Virus record (IMG/VR): IMGVR_UViG_3300025389_000010
Coordinates: 32,001 to 96,000 of that record
Direction: 5' to 3' (one strand)
DNA length: 64,000 nucleotides
From: a virus
Taxonomy: Duplodnaviria; Caudoviricetes
The position numbers were made by a program, and so were the translations under genes. Numbering within the stretch: position 1 is the stretch's first letter; the number at the start of each line of letters is the position of its first letter. Below, one piece after another: positions 1-10,374 of this stretch. The notes under the pieces were generated by a model. The model did not search any database. It worked only from the letters and a program-made list of their open reading frames with translations, and was not told where the DNA came from.

Positions 1-1172
1 TTTGAAAAACCTATCGGTGTAGTATTAGCGGTTGAAGTATTCCATATAAAAATACCACCACTTAATCCTGCTGTTAATACTTCAGGATGGTTTGTTTTTA
101 AATCATTCGTGTCATGAAATTGATAAGATAAAGGTCCAGTAATACTAGTAAGTGTACCGGTTTCAACATCTTCATATATATAAACGTTTATTTGATTACC
201 TCTTATATTATTCGTAATAATATAATCAAAAACAGAATTTAAATTTTTAAAAAATGGTTTTGAAACTTCGTTTTTTGTAAAACTTTCATTACTATCGTTA
301 TTCCAGTTACCATTAATTGTTCTTTTTACTGATGAACTATCAGTTGAATAAGAATCACTAGGTTTTACACCAAAAGAAAAGTTTTGTGTATTATCAATAC
401 TTAAAGCATTGTAACTATTATAATTTAATACCGTGTTGTCTATGTCTATTATACCATGAATAGATGATGCTGAGATTTGATCAGTAATCGTATTTTTTAT
501 TATATTAGAATCTGATGATAAATTTTTTATTATTGTATTAAATGAACTTAAACTATAAAGGTTTGTTTTATTTGAAATTAAATTTTTTGCTGATGTTTTA
601 ACTGTTGATGTTACATTCTCTATTTTTATAGTACCATTTGCTATTTGTTGTGCAATAATATCTGTCATTATAACCGGATTATTGACAGACGAAAACGATG
701 TTAAATTTGTAACATTTATATTATTTGCTGTTAAATTATTAAAAGTTGTATTATTATCAAATTCAGTTTTGCTTTTAAAATAAATGTTATTGTTTATTGC
801 AAGTTTATCAATTCCTGTTAATTTATTAGTTGATAATGTTGGTAAAAAAGAAAAAACAGAATGTAGAGATCCATTTATATCAAATTCAAAAATTGGAGAA
901 GTATTATTATAACCTAATTTTTTACCTTTAATTGTTAAAGAAGAATTATTTGTAAATGTTCTAGAAGATGAATAAGATGAATTTTGAGTTATTAAAGGGA
1001 AATAATAATATTTTAAAATATCAGTAGTCGAATAACCCGGCGGGAGACCTAAACTAGGTTCAAGAACTTTTAAATTTACAAAATCCGGTAATTTAAGTTT
1101 AAATGAATTAACAGCGGTTAAATTAACCATAACTGTAGTTTCACTTATTGAAATTGGGTCTGTGTAATTCAT
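1..1172 (-). CDS. Partial (runs off window start) tail-fibre-like structural protein, paralog of the adjacent 825-aa protein
   Basis: Not in the ORF track. ATG at 1172 reads MNYTDPISISETT...FVNLKVLEPSLGLPPGYSTTDILKYYYFP...SRTFTNN...PIFEFDINGSL, matching the N-terminus of 1186-3663. The same frame reads GGIFIWNT near position 40, matching GGLFFWNK in the paralog. I checked both ends, not every codon in between. Confidence 0.8.
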   Translation of the reverse strand, partial: MNYTDPISISETTVMVNLTAVNSFKLKLPDFVNLKVLEPSLGLPPGYSTTDILKYYYFPLITQNSSYSSSRTFTNNSSLTIKGKKLGYNNTSPIFEFDINGSLHSVFSFLPTLSTNKLTGIDKLAINNNIYFKSKTEFDNNTTFNNLTANNINVTNLTSFSSVNNPVIMTDIIAQQIANGTIKIENVTSTVKTSAKNLISNKTNLYSLSSFNTIIKNLSSDSNIIKNTITDQISASSIHGIIDIDNTVLNYNSYNALSIDNTQNFSFGVKPSDSYSTDSSSVKRTINGNWNNDSNESFTKNEVSKPFFKNLNSVFDYIITNNIRGNQINVYIYEDVETGTLTSITGPLSYQFHDTNDLKTNHPEVLTAGLSGGIFIWNTSTANTTPIGFS

Positions 1173-1185
1173 TTTATTATACTAT

Positions 1186-3663
1186 TTACAATATACTCGG
1201 AATATAAAAGTTTAAAGTATAATAAGGTGAAGACGGTACGGGTGATTTTATATGATAAACGGCATCACCAGTTATTTGATCATATACTTTTAATGAATAT
1301 GGATTTACATAGTATATTAAACTGCTGGTATTGTTTGATCTTATTTGGTTTGAAGCATTTAATAAATTTATATAACCAGTAGCATTTAAAGAATTTGTAT
1401 AATCTATACTACCATTTTTAGTAGAGTTTAAAACTGCTGGATTTGGATTAAAAGTAACCAAATTTTCATATTTTCCATTATATACCGATATATTTGAATT
1501 ATATCTATTCCAACTTATATTTTTTGAATTATATTCTTCTATACTAAAAGTCCAAGTTGCAAATCCATCTGAATTAAAATTAAAACTATTAAATGAATTT
1601 TTTATATTTAAAAATTTAAAATTTAAAAGATTTAAATTATCAGTATAAACTGACATTATATTTGTATTATAAGCATTATAATTATTATTTTTTGTAGTGT
1701 TGGAACTTAATATAAAACTATTTGTTATAAAAACATTATCACTATGTGTAATTTCAGAAGAATCTGCGATTGAATAAAAAGAATAACCATTTATAAAACC
1801 ATCTAACAATATGCTGGAATGATATCCTGTTTTATTACCAGAATAATTGGAATCATAAAGTTCAAAACTTGATTTTTTATCAATTGTTATTAAACTATCA
1901 CCTAAAACCGTTGGTGTGTTATTTTTATTACCAATTAATGCCAAGCCATAACCCGGAAAATTTTGTCCTGTAGTATAACCATAAGTTGCCCATGTATTCC
2001 ATGTTGTTGGTGTTAAATAATAAGGGTCATATAAAGTACTACCTACTACTGTTATTGATGAATTTTCAGTTGCATATATATAACCGGTAGTGTATTTAGC
2101 ATTTCCTAATAATGATATTGTTATATTACCAATATAATAGTTTCCATTTTTAAACACTAAAGGTTTTGTGTTGAAACTATTTGAAACAAATTCAAAACAT
2201 AAATTGCTTATATAAGTTGTGGTAAGATTTGAACAGTTAAAAACTATAGGAGTTGAATCAACTACATTTTTAGTATCAACGCTATTCCATATAACCGCAT
2301 CTCCTCCAAAATTATTAAAACCTAGTGTTGATAACGTAGAAAAATAAGTTCTTGCTATTATTTTTCTAGGTGCATCTTGAAATCCTCTGCTTGTACTATA
2401 ATAGGTTTTATTACTAGTTCTGGAACCTATATCATATCTTCCTTTTATAACCAAATTAATAAACCTTAAAGGCGGAATTGTTAAAACATTTACATTACCA
2501 TTAGTATTAGCATTGTGATTTTTATTCCAGAAAAATAAACCACCAAGCGTATTATTCAAACTAGGTTGTACTTGTGACGTAGTATAAAAATTTCCAGAAA
2601 TATTACCAGTATATGTATATTGATTATTTTGACCTAAAATTATATCTTCGTCTATATATATTGTAAGTCCAGAACCTTCCAATTGATTTGCACTTACATA
2701 ATCAAAAACAGACTGAATACTTTTAAAGTATGGTCTTAATACACTTGAATCTTCTGTTTTATTTAATGAATCCCATGCACCATTTGCATCTCTATTTATT
2801 GTCAAAGAATCAGTAGAATATGAATCAGACGGTCTAACCGCAAAAGAATAAGAAGATTGTCTTGGTGAATAACTTAATTGATTATTTTGATTGTAGTATA
2901 ATGGTGAAAAAGGATCTACGTCTATTTTACCATGAATATTATTTGCAAATATTTGATCCGCACTAATATATTGGTTAACTGTTAAATTATTTGATGTTAA
3001 ATTATTAACATATGAAGAAACAGCTGACAAACTAGCAGTGCTTAATGTACTTGAAAACACAGAATTTGCACTCAATGAGCCAATATTTAAATTTCCATAA
3101 ATCGTTAGATTTGACGAATAATAATTTGTATAATTTGATACAATTAAATTATAATTTGTTGGATAAATATTATTTACTGTTATGTTATTAGCTGTTAAAT
3201 TTGCAAAATTAACATCTTTATCGAAAAATGCATTCGATTTAATAAAGATACCGTTTGGGAAAATGGCAGATAATGCATCATTGTTTGAATTAGGTACAAT
3301 ACTAACAGCGGATAATTGATTTATAAAAGCGGAATTTGCTTTTAATGACCCGTTAATATCAAAATTAAAAACAGGATTTGTATTATTATAACCAATGTTA
3401 TTGTTTTTAAAAATTAAACTATCATCACCCGTAAATCTTCTAGAGGTTTGATACGTTGCGGTATTTGAGCCATCATCTCCACCAAATACGGGAAAGTAAT
3501 AAGTTGCACCAGTTGCTGTCGTATTATAACCTGTTGGTAAACCTAAACTTGGTTCCGCAAAAGGTAAGCTTATAAAATTATTAGCATAAGCATTATAATT
3601 TATATAAGGCGATAATGGTCGTAATTTTACATTATTGGCTAATGATGGTGGAGATGTCTGCAT
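1186..3663 (-). CDS. Asn/Thr/Ser-rich putative tail fibre/virion structural protein (825 aa)
   Basis: Beta-rich low-complexity composition, AEPSLGLP...YYFP N-terminal motif shared with two other fibre-like ORFs, located in the tail operon. Confidence 0.6.
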   Translation of the reverse strand: MQTSPPSLANNVKLRPLSPYINYNAYANNFISLPFAEPSLGLPTGYNTTATGATYYFPVFGGDDGSNTATYQTSRRFTGDDSLIFKNNNIGYNNTNPVFNFDINGSLKANSAFINQLSAVSIVPNSNNDALSAIFPNGIFIKSNAFFDKDVNFANLTANNITVNNIYPTNYNLIVSNYTNYYSSNLTIYGNLNIGSLSANSVFSSTLSTASLSAVSSYVNNLTSNNLTVNQYISADQIFANNIHGKIDVDPFSPLYYNQNNQLSYSPRQSSYSFAVRPSDSYSTDSLTINRDANGAWDSLNKTEDSSVLRPYFKSIQSVFDYVSANQLEGSGLTIYIDEDIILGQNNQYTYTGNISGNFYTTSQVQPSLNNTLGGLFFWNKNHNANTNGNVNVLTIPPLRFINLVIKGRYDIGSRTSNKTYYSTSRGFQDAPRKIIARTYFSTLSTLGFNNFGGDAVIWNSVDTKNVVDSTPIVFNCSNLTTTYISNLCFEFVSNSFNTKPLVFKNGNYYIGNITISLLGNAKYTTGYIYATENSSITVVGSTLYDPYYLTPTTWNTWATYGYTTGQNFPGYGLALIGNKNNTPTVLGDSLITIDKKSSFELYDSNYSGNKTGYHSSILLDGFINGYSFYSIADSSEITHSDNVFITNSFILSSNTTKNNNYNAYNTNIMSVYTDNLNLLNFKFLNIKNSFNSFNFNSDGFATWTFSIEEYNSKNISWNRYNSNISVYNGKYENLVTFNPNPAVLNSTKNGSIDYTNSLNATGYINLLNASNQIRSNNTSSLIYYVNPYSLKVYDQITGDAVYHIKSPVPSSPYYTLNFYIPSIL

Positions 3664-3672
3664 TATTTCTCA

Positions 3673-4050
3673 TTATTGATCATTTCTGGTCTCTAAGATG
3701 GACAATGTTAGATTGACATCACCTTGATTGCTGCTTCCACTGGAAATAATAAAGTTATCACCATCTTGTAAAACAAGTTTATTGACCACGATATTAACTG
3801 CATCTTTAGGTGCAATTGCAAAATCTTTTATGAAATTTATAGGAGTATAATTGTTTTGTGCAAAACTATTTGATACTGTTGAAGAAATCGCTCCTGTCAC
3901 AGTTTGAACGCTATTTGTATTATTGTTAACTAAAGCAGAAATAATAATTGCTGCTCTGTGTGGTGGTGCAATATAAACACTTAAAGGTGTTGAATTCACC
4001 AAGTCGGTTTGTACTCTTACGAATTTATTTAATTGAATTCTAGGTGCCAT
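3673..4050 (-). CDS. Small virion-associated protein (125 aa)
   Basis: Pattern VYxAP...IIISALVNN...KLVLQDGD...LTLSILET resembles small proteins found beside fibre genes in aquatic T4-like phages; late-promoter-like TAAGTATAAATA upstream. Confidence 0.55.
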   Translation of the reverse strand: MAPRIQLNKFVRVQTDLVNSTPLSVYIAPPHRAAIIISALVNNNTNSVQTVTGAISSTVSNSFAQNNYTPINFIKDFAIAPKDAVNIVVNKLVLQDGDNFIISSGSSNQGDVNLTLSILETRNDQ

Positions 4051-4067
4051 AATTTATATATTTATAC

Positions 4068-6080
4068 TTACTCCAAAACTAGGTTCAATGGTGTAACTAA
4101 TGTCATAATTGCACGTTTGAAGGTATCTCCTTCAATAGTACCCGTGCTTTGAACAATTTTAAAATTAGGTCCAACTTTAAAGTCACCCAATTCATTGGAA
4201 CTTGTAAAGTATACAACGCCCGGTGCATTAGTATCATATAAACCATCGAAAACAGCTTCGTTTTCGTTTATGGCTACACCACCGTATGCTGGAACAGCAC
4301 TAACCATTCTTGTACCGGTTCCCATGTATTCAAAGGTATGAGATCCTGTTTCCACCATGCTTCTTGCAAAGAAGTAAACCCATGCGCTTGAAAAATCTCT
4401 ACCTCTTAAATTTCTAATATTTAAATATGGTGTATTATATGTAAGTTGAATGTCATAAGCATTGGTATTATTTATACCATATTGTCCTGTAGAATTGTTT
4501 TTAACTACTGATAAATCAACCGTGAAAATTTTTGGTCTGTTGTTGAGCGGTAATGTTGGGTCTATATCACTTTCCATGATATAATCTGCATTACTTGTTG
4601 GATTAGGAACCGAAACCGTAAAACAAAGATTTGTATATGGAACCGTAGCGATAATATCGGGATGTGGATCATTCTTGGGGAATGGTACATATGCCATATC
4701 TTTAATTGTGAAAGTATCACCACCACTTAAATATCCATATTGATAATTATAACCAGTATTTGAGGTCGGGTCTACTCTGAAATCTTGTGGCATTACTGTA
4801 AATGTTCCACTTAAAATCGGCGTACCTAAATTAAAATAATTGGATAGATTTACAGGTGTACCATTAACGGTGCTTAGAGTTGGATAATTTGCCAATCCAG
4901 ACATTCCTCTTCCAATAAGACCAGAAAGACCAAATGTAGAATTTGATGTACTGATTGAACAACTTCCACCACTTTCACACACTATACCTTCATATGTCGC
5001 AACTGTGAAAATACTAACCAGCTGCGCATAACCATGATTTAAAATATGAAGACCTCTACCGCCTTGATTAACTTGTGTAAACGAATCAAGAACCATGCTT
5101 CTGAATTTACCAGTAACGAGAGATCCATCTATTCGCATACCAACACCAGCATCGTTTAAATTTTTGTCATCAAAAACCGTAGGTAATGCATATGATGTAC
5201 AACCTTGAACATATGGACTTACTTTTATATCAGGTCTTCCTACTGGAATGCTAAATAATGGTGTTAACCCCGAAGAATTCGTGCTTCCATAATATGCCAA
5301 ATTATATGCATTTATATTTTTGTTAGCATTTTGCGTATTTAAAGGATATGCAATAGCAGCAGGTGGTGATATATCTGTTAATCGATTTGCTGTTGTATAA
5401 TAACTTGGATCGCTTGGATCTACACCATTTTCTGTTAATTTTCTATGCCCTCTGAATGTGAAACCCCAAACGTAACATGCGCTGTTTACCCACAAAATAT
5501 CTTTATCTACATTTAATGGGCTTATTGTAGTTCTTCTTAAATTATCTCCAATCAAAGAAGTATTGGGTGGAAGATATACTGGATTATTTTCAACATAATT
5601 ACCACTTCTTACTAAGATAGACCATTGTTTTGGACGAGATGCTGGATTTGGATCGTTTACATCAACTAAACCGGCATTTAAAGCTGCTTGTTCATTTGCA
5701 ATACGTGCAGCTGCATATTTAATTGTACGATATGGTAATTCTTCGTTTCTTCCTCTTTCTGGATAATCATTAGCATCAACACCACTCATGGATACGTAAA
5801 ACGTATTTGCCATTGGATTTTGGTGTGTGTTAATATAATCTAAAAATGAATCTACCGTAACTTGACGAGTTACAACATCAGTATTGGTTAAAACTAAAGT
5901 TTCTTTACCTACTATAGGACTACCTTGAATATCTAATTGACCAATCGAATTTGATAAAAAAGAATATGGTGATACTTTTCTAGTTATATCCTGCTCTATA
6001 ACTAATAAATCATTATTTATATCTATTGGTTGGATCGGGGGTCCACCTGATGGTAATTCTGGAATTCTTGTATATGACAT
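4068..6080 (-). CDS. Virion structural protein with pectate-lyase-like beta-helix (cyanophage-type fibre/structural protein)
   Basis: Motifs FYVSMSGxDAN, PYRTIKYA, ILVRSGNYVENNP, IGDNLRRTTI, SPYVQGCTS, SMVLDSFTQVNQGG, SHTFEYMGTG, YFTSSNELGDFKVG. Confidence 0.7.
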   Translation of the reverse strand: MSYTRIPELPSGGPPIQPIDINNDLLVIEQDITRKVSPYSFLSNSIGQLDIQGSPIVGKETLVLTNTDVVTRQVTVDSFLDYINTHQNPMANTFYVSMSGVDANDYPERGRNEELPYRTIKYAAARIANEQAALNAGLVDVNDPNPASRPKQWSILVRSGNYVENNPVYLPPNTSLIGDNLRRTTISPLNVDKDILWVNSACYVWGFTFRGHRKLTENGVDPSDPSYYTTANRLTDISPPAAIAYPLNTQNANKNINAYNLAYYGSTNSSGLTPLFSIPVGRPDIKVSPYVQGCTSYALPTVFDDKNLNDAGVGMRIDGSLVTGKFRSMVLDSFTQVNQGGRGLHILNHGYAQLVSIFTVATYEGIVCESGGSCSISTSNSTFGLSGLIGRGMSGLANYPTLSTVNGTPVNLSNYFNLGTPILSGTFTVMPQDFRVDPTSNTGYNYQYGYLSGGDTFTIKDMAYVPFPKNDPHPDIIATVPYTNLCFTVSVPNPTSNADYIMESDIDPTLPLNNRPKIFTVDLSVVKNNSTGQYGINNTNAYDIQLTYNTPYLNIRNLRGRDFSSAWVYFFARSMVETGSHTFEYMGTGTRMVSAVPAYGGVAINENEAVFDGLYDTNAPGVVYFTSSNELGDFKVGPNFKIVQSTGTIEGDTFKRAIMTLVTPLNLVLE

Positions 6081-6133
6081 TATATATATTTATGTTTGAG
6101 ATTAATATTTTTTTAATTTTTTTTTATTAAAAA

Positions 6134-7501
6134 TTACATAGATGTTGGTGAATGTGTTGGTCTTGGCGTTCTTGGTGGATAATACGTTGGAGTTCTTTGT
6201 GGTGTTCTGGTTACTCTTGGTGTTTTTGTGTTGGTTATAGTAGCTGTCGGAGTTTGCGTATTTGTAGGTGTTGGTGGTATTGTCGGTGTTACAGTTGGTG
6301 TTTCGGTGTTTGCTGGTGTAGCGGTTGGTGTTGGTGTGTTTGTCGGTGTTTCCGTATTTGATGGTGTATTCGATGGTGTATTCGACGGTGTTGCTGTATT
6401 CGATGGTGTTAAACTGCTTGTCGGTGTATTTGTACTTGTTGATGTAGTTGTTGGTGTAATTGAAGACGTTGGTGTTTGTGATGAAGTAATAGACGGTGTC
6501 GGTGTGTGAGTTGGTGTTCTTGTTGGTGTAGTTGTTTTTCTGGGTGTTTTTGTGTTCGTATTTGAAACCGTAAGATGTGGTGTTCTTGTTGCTGATGGTG
6601 TTGTTGTTGGTGTTGCCGTGTGAGAAGTTTGTGTGAAAGATGCAGTAACAGTTCTTGTTGGAGTTTGAGTTACCTTTGCAGTACGTGTTGGTGTCTTCGT
6701 AGGTGTAACCGTTTTTGTAACTATAGGCGTTCTTGATTGTGTTAAAGTTTGTGTTCTTGTAATAGTATTTGTGGGTGTATTTGTTGGAGTTGTTGTAATT
6801 GTATAAGAAGGTGTAACTGAAGGTGTTGGTGAAGGAACTGGATTTAAATCACCATATGGTATATAAAAATTAATTTCATCTACTTTTTCTTTTGTTAGAT
6901 TTAAACTTATTATACCCAAGTCATTAATATCATTCTTCATCAAGAATGATATATTGAATTTTTTTGTATCTGGATTATATGTAAGTTTTGGATCTTCTTT
7001 ATTGCCGTTAGAATTTGACCAATTACTAACAGTATTAAAATCTAAATTTACATTTTCAGTTATAAGATTTTTAATGTTATTTGTATGTAAATCAACAACA
7101 TTAAAAAATAAAGAAAAGGTTATTTTTGGTTGATTTACACCAACAGTTTCATTAAAACCACAATAATATATTTTGTTTTCAGATTCATCAAACCAATAAT
7201 CTATATTCGTACTTGATAATTGTGTAAAAAAATCAAACTTACTATAAGGTTGAATATTTGAATTTTCATCTAAAAAGTATTTTTCAAAAATATATCCACT
7301 TGTTGTTTGGATATAAAGAGTATCATAAAAAACATCTATTTTTGTTATTTGATTGGAAGATAAATCATAAAAAAAATTAGGTTCTAATTCTTGATATTTT
7401 AAATATATCGAAGATAAAACAAGAGGAGCAGATAAGGTGTTATTATTAGCATCCCTTAACCAAAATTCACCAACATTGTTCTTATCGTTATAATGATCCA
7501 T
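6134..7501 (-). CDS. Protein with N-terminal globular domain and ~230-aa Thr/Pro-rich mucin-like C-terminal tail
   Basis: C-terminal half is almost entirely T/P/S repeats (TPTNTPT, TPTRT). Confidence 0.75.
   Translation of the reverse strand: MDHYNDKNNVGEFWLRDANNNTLSAPLVLSSIYLKYQELEPNFFYDLSSNQITKIDVFYDTLYIQTTSGYIFEKYFLDENSNIQPYSKFDFFTQLSSTNIDYWFDESENKIYYCGFNETVGVNQPKITFSLFFNVVDLHTNNIKNLITENVNLDFNTVSNWSNSNGNKEDPKLTYNPDTKKFNISFLMKNDINDLGIISLNLTKEKVDEINFYIPYGDLNPVPSPTPSVTPSYTITTTPTNTPTNTITRTQTLTQSRTPIVTKTVTPTKTPTRTAKVTQTPTRTVTASFTQTSHTATPTTTPSATRTPHLTVSNTNTKTPRKTTTPTRTPTHTPTPSITSSQTPTSSITPTTTSTSTNTPTSSLTPSNTATPSNTPSNTPSNTETPTNTPTPTATPANTETPTVTPTIPPTPTNTQTPTATITNTKTPRVTRTPQRTPTYYPPRTPRPTHSPTSM
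6140..6840 (-). repeat. Thr-Pro low-complexity coding repeat (GGTGTT/GTTGGT-rich on + strand)
   Basis: Tandem atggtgtattcg / ggtgttggt units are visible in the DNA. Confidence 0.85.
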
Positions 7502-7506
7502 TTTAA

Positions 7507-8193
7507 TTAATAATTAACCTTTTTATAATTTACAGTTGTTGCATCTAAATTATTATTCAATTGACTCAAAAATGGCAATTCAAATGAATAATCTCTATTT
7601 AAATCAAAAAGTTTAACGGGTGATGGTATTTTTTTCTTCCAATCAACTAAAGATAAAAAAAGACCAGTTTGGTTACTGGCTAAATTTGTAATTTCAAAAA
7701 CATAAAGCATATGATTTTCAGGGCCAATCATTTTGGTTTTAACCAAATGTATGTCAGAATAAGCACTTTTAATAAGTAGTGGACCTGAATTATCCGCAAC
7801 AAAATTTTCAGGAAATAAATTTAAAAATATAGTGTATATATCTGGATTGTTGATATTTTTATTAGTATAAACAGTTATTTGTATTGTATAATAACATCTA
7901 TATTCATATTTTCCACTTATTTGATTTTTAACAAAATTTTTTTCAGGATCTATTGAAAAAACATGGGTTTGTGGAAAATTTCTTGGATCTCCAACATCAT
8001 TCGATTTAGTATAATTATTACTAGGTTTATATAAAACAGTATTTGTTGTTCCATCACCCCAAGAATATTCTATTTTAAAAATTCTTGAATTCTTATCAAA
8101 ATATGTCGAAGGATCAACAATTATTTTGCACGTTGAATTACCAGCTATATTTTGTATATTGTTATCTAAATAAACTGTTTTGGTAAAAGCCAT
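7507..8193 (-). CDS. Hypothetical protein with PKD/Ig-like N-terminal domain
   Basis: [12 protein letters not shown]...FPQTHVF resembles the PKD WDFGDG signature. Confidence 0.5.
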   Translation of the reverse strand: MAFTKTVYLDNNIQNIAGNSTCKIIVDPSTYFDKNSRIFKIEYSWGDGTTNTVLYKPSNNYTKSNDVGDPRNFPQTHVFSIDPEKNFVKNQISGKYEYRCYYTIQITVYTNKNINNPDIYTIFLNLFPENFVADNSGPLLIKSAYSDIHLVKTKMIGPENHMLYVFEITNLASNQTGLFLSLVDWKKKIPSPVKLFDLNRDYSFELPFLSQLNNNLDATTVNYKKVNY

Positions 8194-8238
8194 TAATAAT
8201 ATTTAATGGAAAAGTACAAAAAATATACTATTTTTATA

Positions 8239-10353
8239 TTAATCTATTCTTCTGGCAACTATATAACCACCATAATTTTGTATAGTACCGTTTGTACCTG
8301 CAACATATTTTGTAGTATAAAGATTTAAGTTACCAGCACCAGTTGCGTTCATGATACCTTTAATTGTAACATAAAAATAATTCGATGATGTAATATCGGT
8401 TGTAATACCTATAATGACATTTCTACCGTTAGATGATGTTGTGCTTGTTGTGAAAACCACATATCTATTACTTGCGCTACCATTAGATGGTGAAGTGTTT
8501 GATGTCGGAGCGGATGGAACGGTTGAATAAACACCTTCAAAATCAAATAAATTTGCATTTCCACTAAAAGACAAATACGATTTAAAACCTTCATGTGCTC
8601 CTGTTGATTGTGTATAATTAATAACCATTACAGCATCAATCATATATAATCCACCAGATGTCAATGACGCTGATACAGCTTCATATATGGTAGTTGTGTT
8701 ATTATCCTTATGCGAAGAACCATCGATTAATGATGTGCTATATATAGGCTTATAAGCATAAACAGAATCAGATATAGACCTCGTTAAGATAGATTTATTA
8801 TCAACATAAGTGGAATTCGGTGCCTTTAAATTTCCGTTTAAATCAGATGTTAAAATTTGTTTATTTGCTTGATCAACAAACGCAGTATTGAAGATCAAAT
8901 TGTTTGATGTTTCATCATAATATATATTATATCCTGTGGTATAACCATTTATAGTTCCGGATGACCCATCTCCCTGTTCGCCTATAAACAAAAGAGGATT
9001 ATTAGCATCGTTAGGTTTACCACGTAATAAGTTAATCTGATATGCAGATACTGTTTGTAAAATTGTATTTTCACCTGAACTTAATTGTTTATGCAATGTT
9101 ACGTAATCTGATGATATTGCAATATCAGCTATACTTGAACCTGTTTTTGAAATATTTAAACTGGTATTATATGTTAAATTTTTATCAAGATAAACAGTAT
9201 TGTTGGTACTTATGGCACCAAAAACAGTAAGAGGAGATATCGGAACAATAGTTCCAATTCCAACGTTTCCGTTAGATGATATGAACATGGTATTGGTTGT
9301 TGTACCGTTACTATAAAATGCAAGATTATCTGCACCACCCGCACTACCAACAATTATTCTTCCTGTTTCGTTAATATTGTCATAATCTAATACAATTCCA
9401 TCACCCTTTCCTGAATATGGTCCTGTTGAATAGAAACCATTAGTCGCTTTAATACCGGATGCGGATATATTAGCTGAATAGATACCATTGGTTGCATATA
9501 AATCGTTTGATGCACTTATTGAACCATTAACTGTTAATTCCTTATTGGGTGTTAATGTTTTAACACCAACATATCCCGGTCTTGCTGTGTGTCCATCTAC
9601 GTGCAGAGATATTGTGCTATCATCATAAAAATCAACAATCGATTGATCGCCTGTTTGCGTTACACTCAAAGCAGGTCCGGTTCCAACATTGGTAACAGTA
9701 ACGGCACTTGTTTCCTGAACAAGTGTGTCCAAATATGTCATATTTCCCAATACCGACAAATTGCCCATTATTGTGGTATCTTGAGATACATATAAATTTC
9801 CATTTATATTTGTATCGGCATCAAATATCACATCTCCACCACCACCAGCATAGAGCACCAAAGTTGGGCTATAAAAAACACCACCAGCAGAAAGACCCGT
9901 CATGTTTATACCCGTTAAAGAACTATAACCGCTTAATGCATAATTTTGTGATTTTGAAAGGATTCCAAAATTTTTACCGTTTGCGTTTATTGCGGTTCCT
10001 GCGTTTGATGTTGCTAAAATAGCGGTGTTTGGACTATCTACCGATATACCCGTGTTTGTAGCATATGCTTGTATTGCAACTTTAGGGGATGTTGCGCTTA
10101 ATGCTAAATTATCGGAATAAACCGATATGCCCAATTTATCCGAAATTGCAGATATTGCATTATTTGTGCTATAAAAATAGCCAGCATATGAACTTAAAGG
10201 AGCAACACAACTAAGAGATCCATTTAAAACAAATTCACCCATGAATGGTTGATCCCGACTTGCTATTGGATCATGACCAGCATCTGGATTTGTTGCCCTA
10301 TTATAGGTATGATGATTTGCCCTGTGAAATTTTGAATGAAAACGATTACTCAT
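8239..10353 (-). CDS. Tail fibre protein (704 aa)
   Basis: GNVGIGTIVP and GYVGVKTLTPNKELTVNGSISA fibre repeats, triple-beta-helix-like S/A/N-rich runs, unusual His-rich N-terminus. Confidence 0.7.
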   Translation of the reverse strand: MSNRFHSKFHRANHHTYNRATNPDAGHDPIASRDQPFMGEFVLNGSLSCVAPLSSYAGYFYSTNNAISAISDKLGISVYSDNLALSATSPKVAIQAYATNTGISVDSPNTAILATSNAGTAINANGKNFGILSKSQNYALSGYSSLTGINMTGLSAGGVFYSPTLVLYAGGGGDVIFDADTNINGNLYVSQDTTIMGNLSVLGNMTYLDTLVQETSAVTVTNVGTGPALSVTQTGDQSIVDFYDDSTISLHVDGHTARPGYVGVKTLTPNKELTVNGSISASNDLYATNGIYSANISASGIKATNGFYSTGPYSGKGDGIVLDYDNINETGRIIVGSAGGADNLAFYSNGTTTNTMFISSNGNVGIGTIVPISPLTVFGAISTNNTVYLDKNLTYNTSLNISKTGSSIADIAISSDYVTLHKQLSSGENTILQTVSAYQINLLRGKPNDANNPLLFIGEQGDGSSGTINGYTTGYNIYYDETSNNLIFNTAFVDQANKQILTSDLNGNLKAPNSTYVDNKSILTRSISDSVYAYKPIYSTSLIDGSSHKDNNTTTIYEAVSASLTSGGLYMIDAVMVINYTQSTGAHEGFKSYLSFSGNANLFDFEGVYSTVPSAPTSNTSPSNGSASNRYVVFTTSTTSSNGRNVIIGITTDITSSNYFYVTIKGIMNATGAGNLNLYTTKYVAGTNGTIQNYGGYIVARRID

Positions 10354-10374
10354 GTTTATTATTAATATTTATAT

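Noticed and set aside
6152-6509. + strand ORFs (69 and 93 aa) rich in Val/Gly or Cys/Trp
   Set aside because: Antisense shadows of the Thr/Pro repeat in 6134-7501
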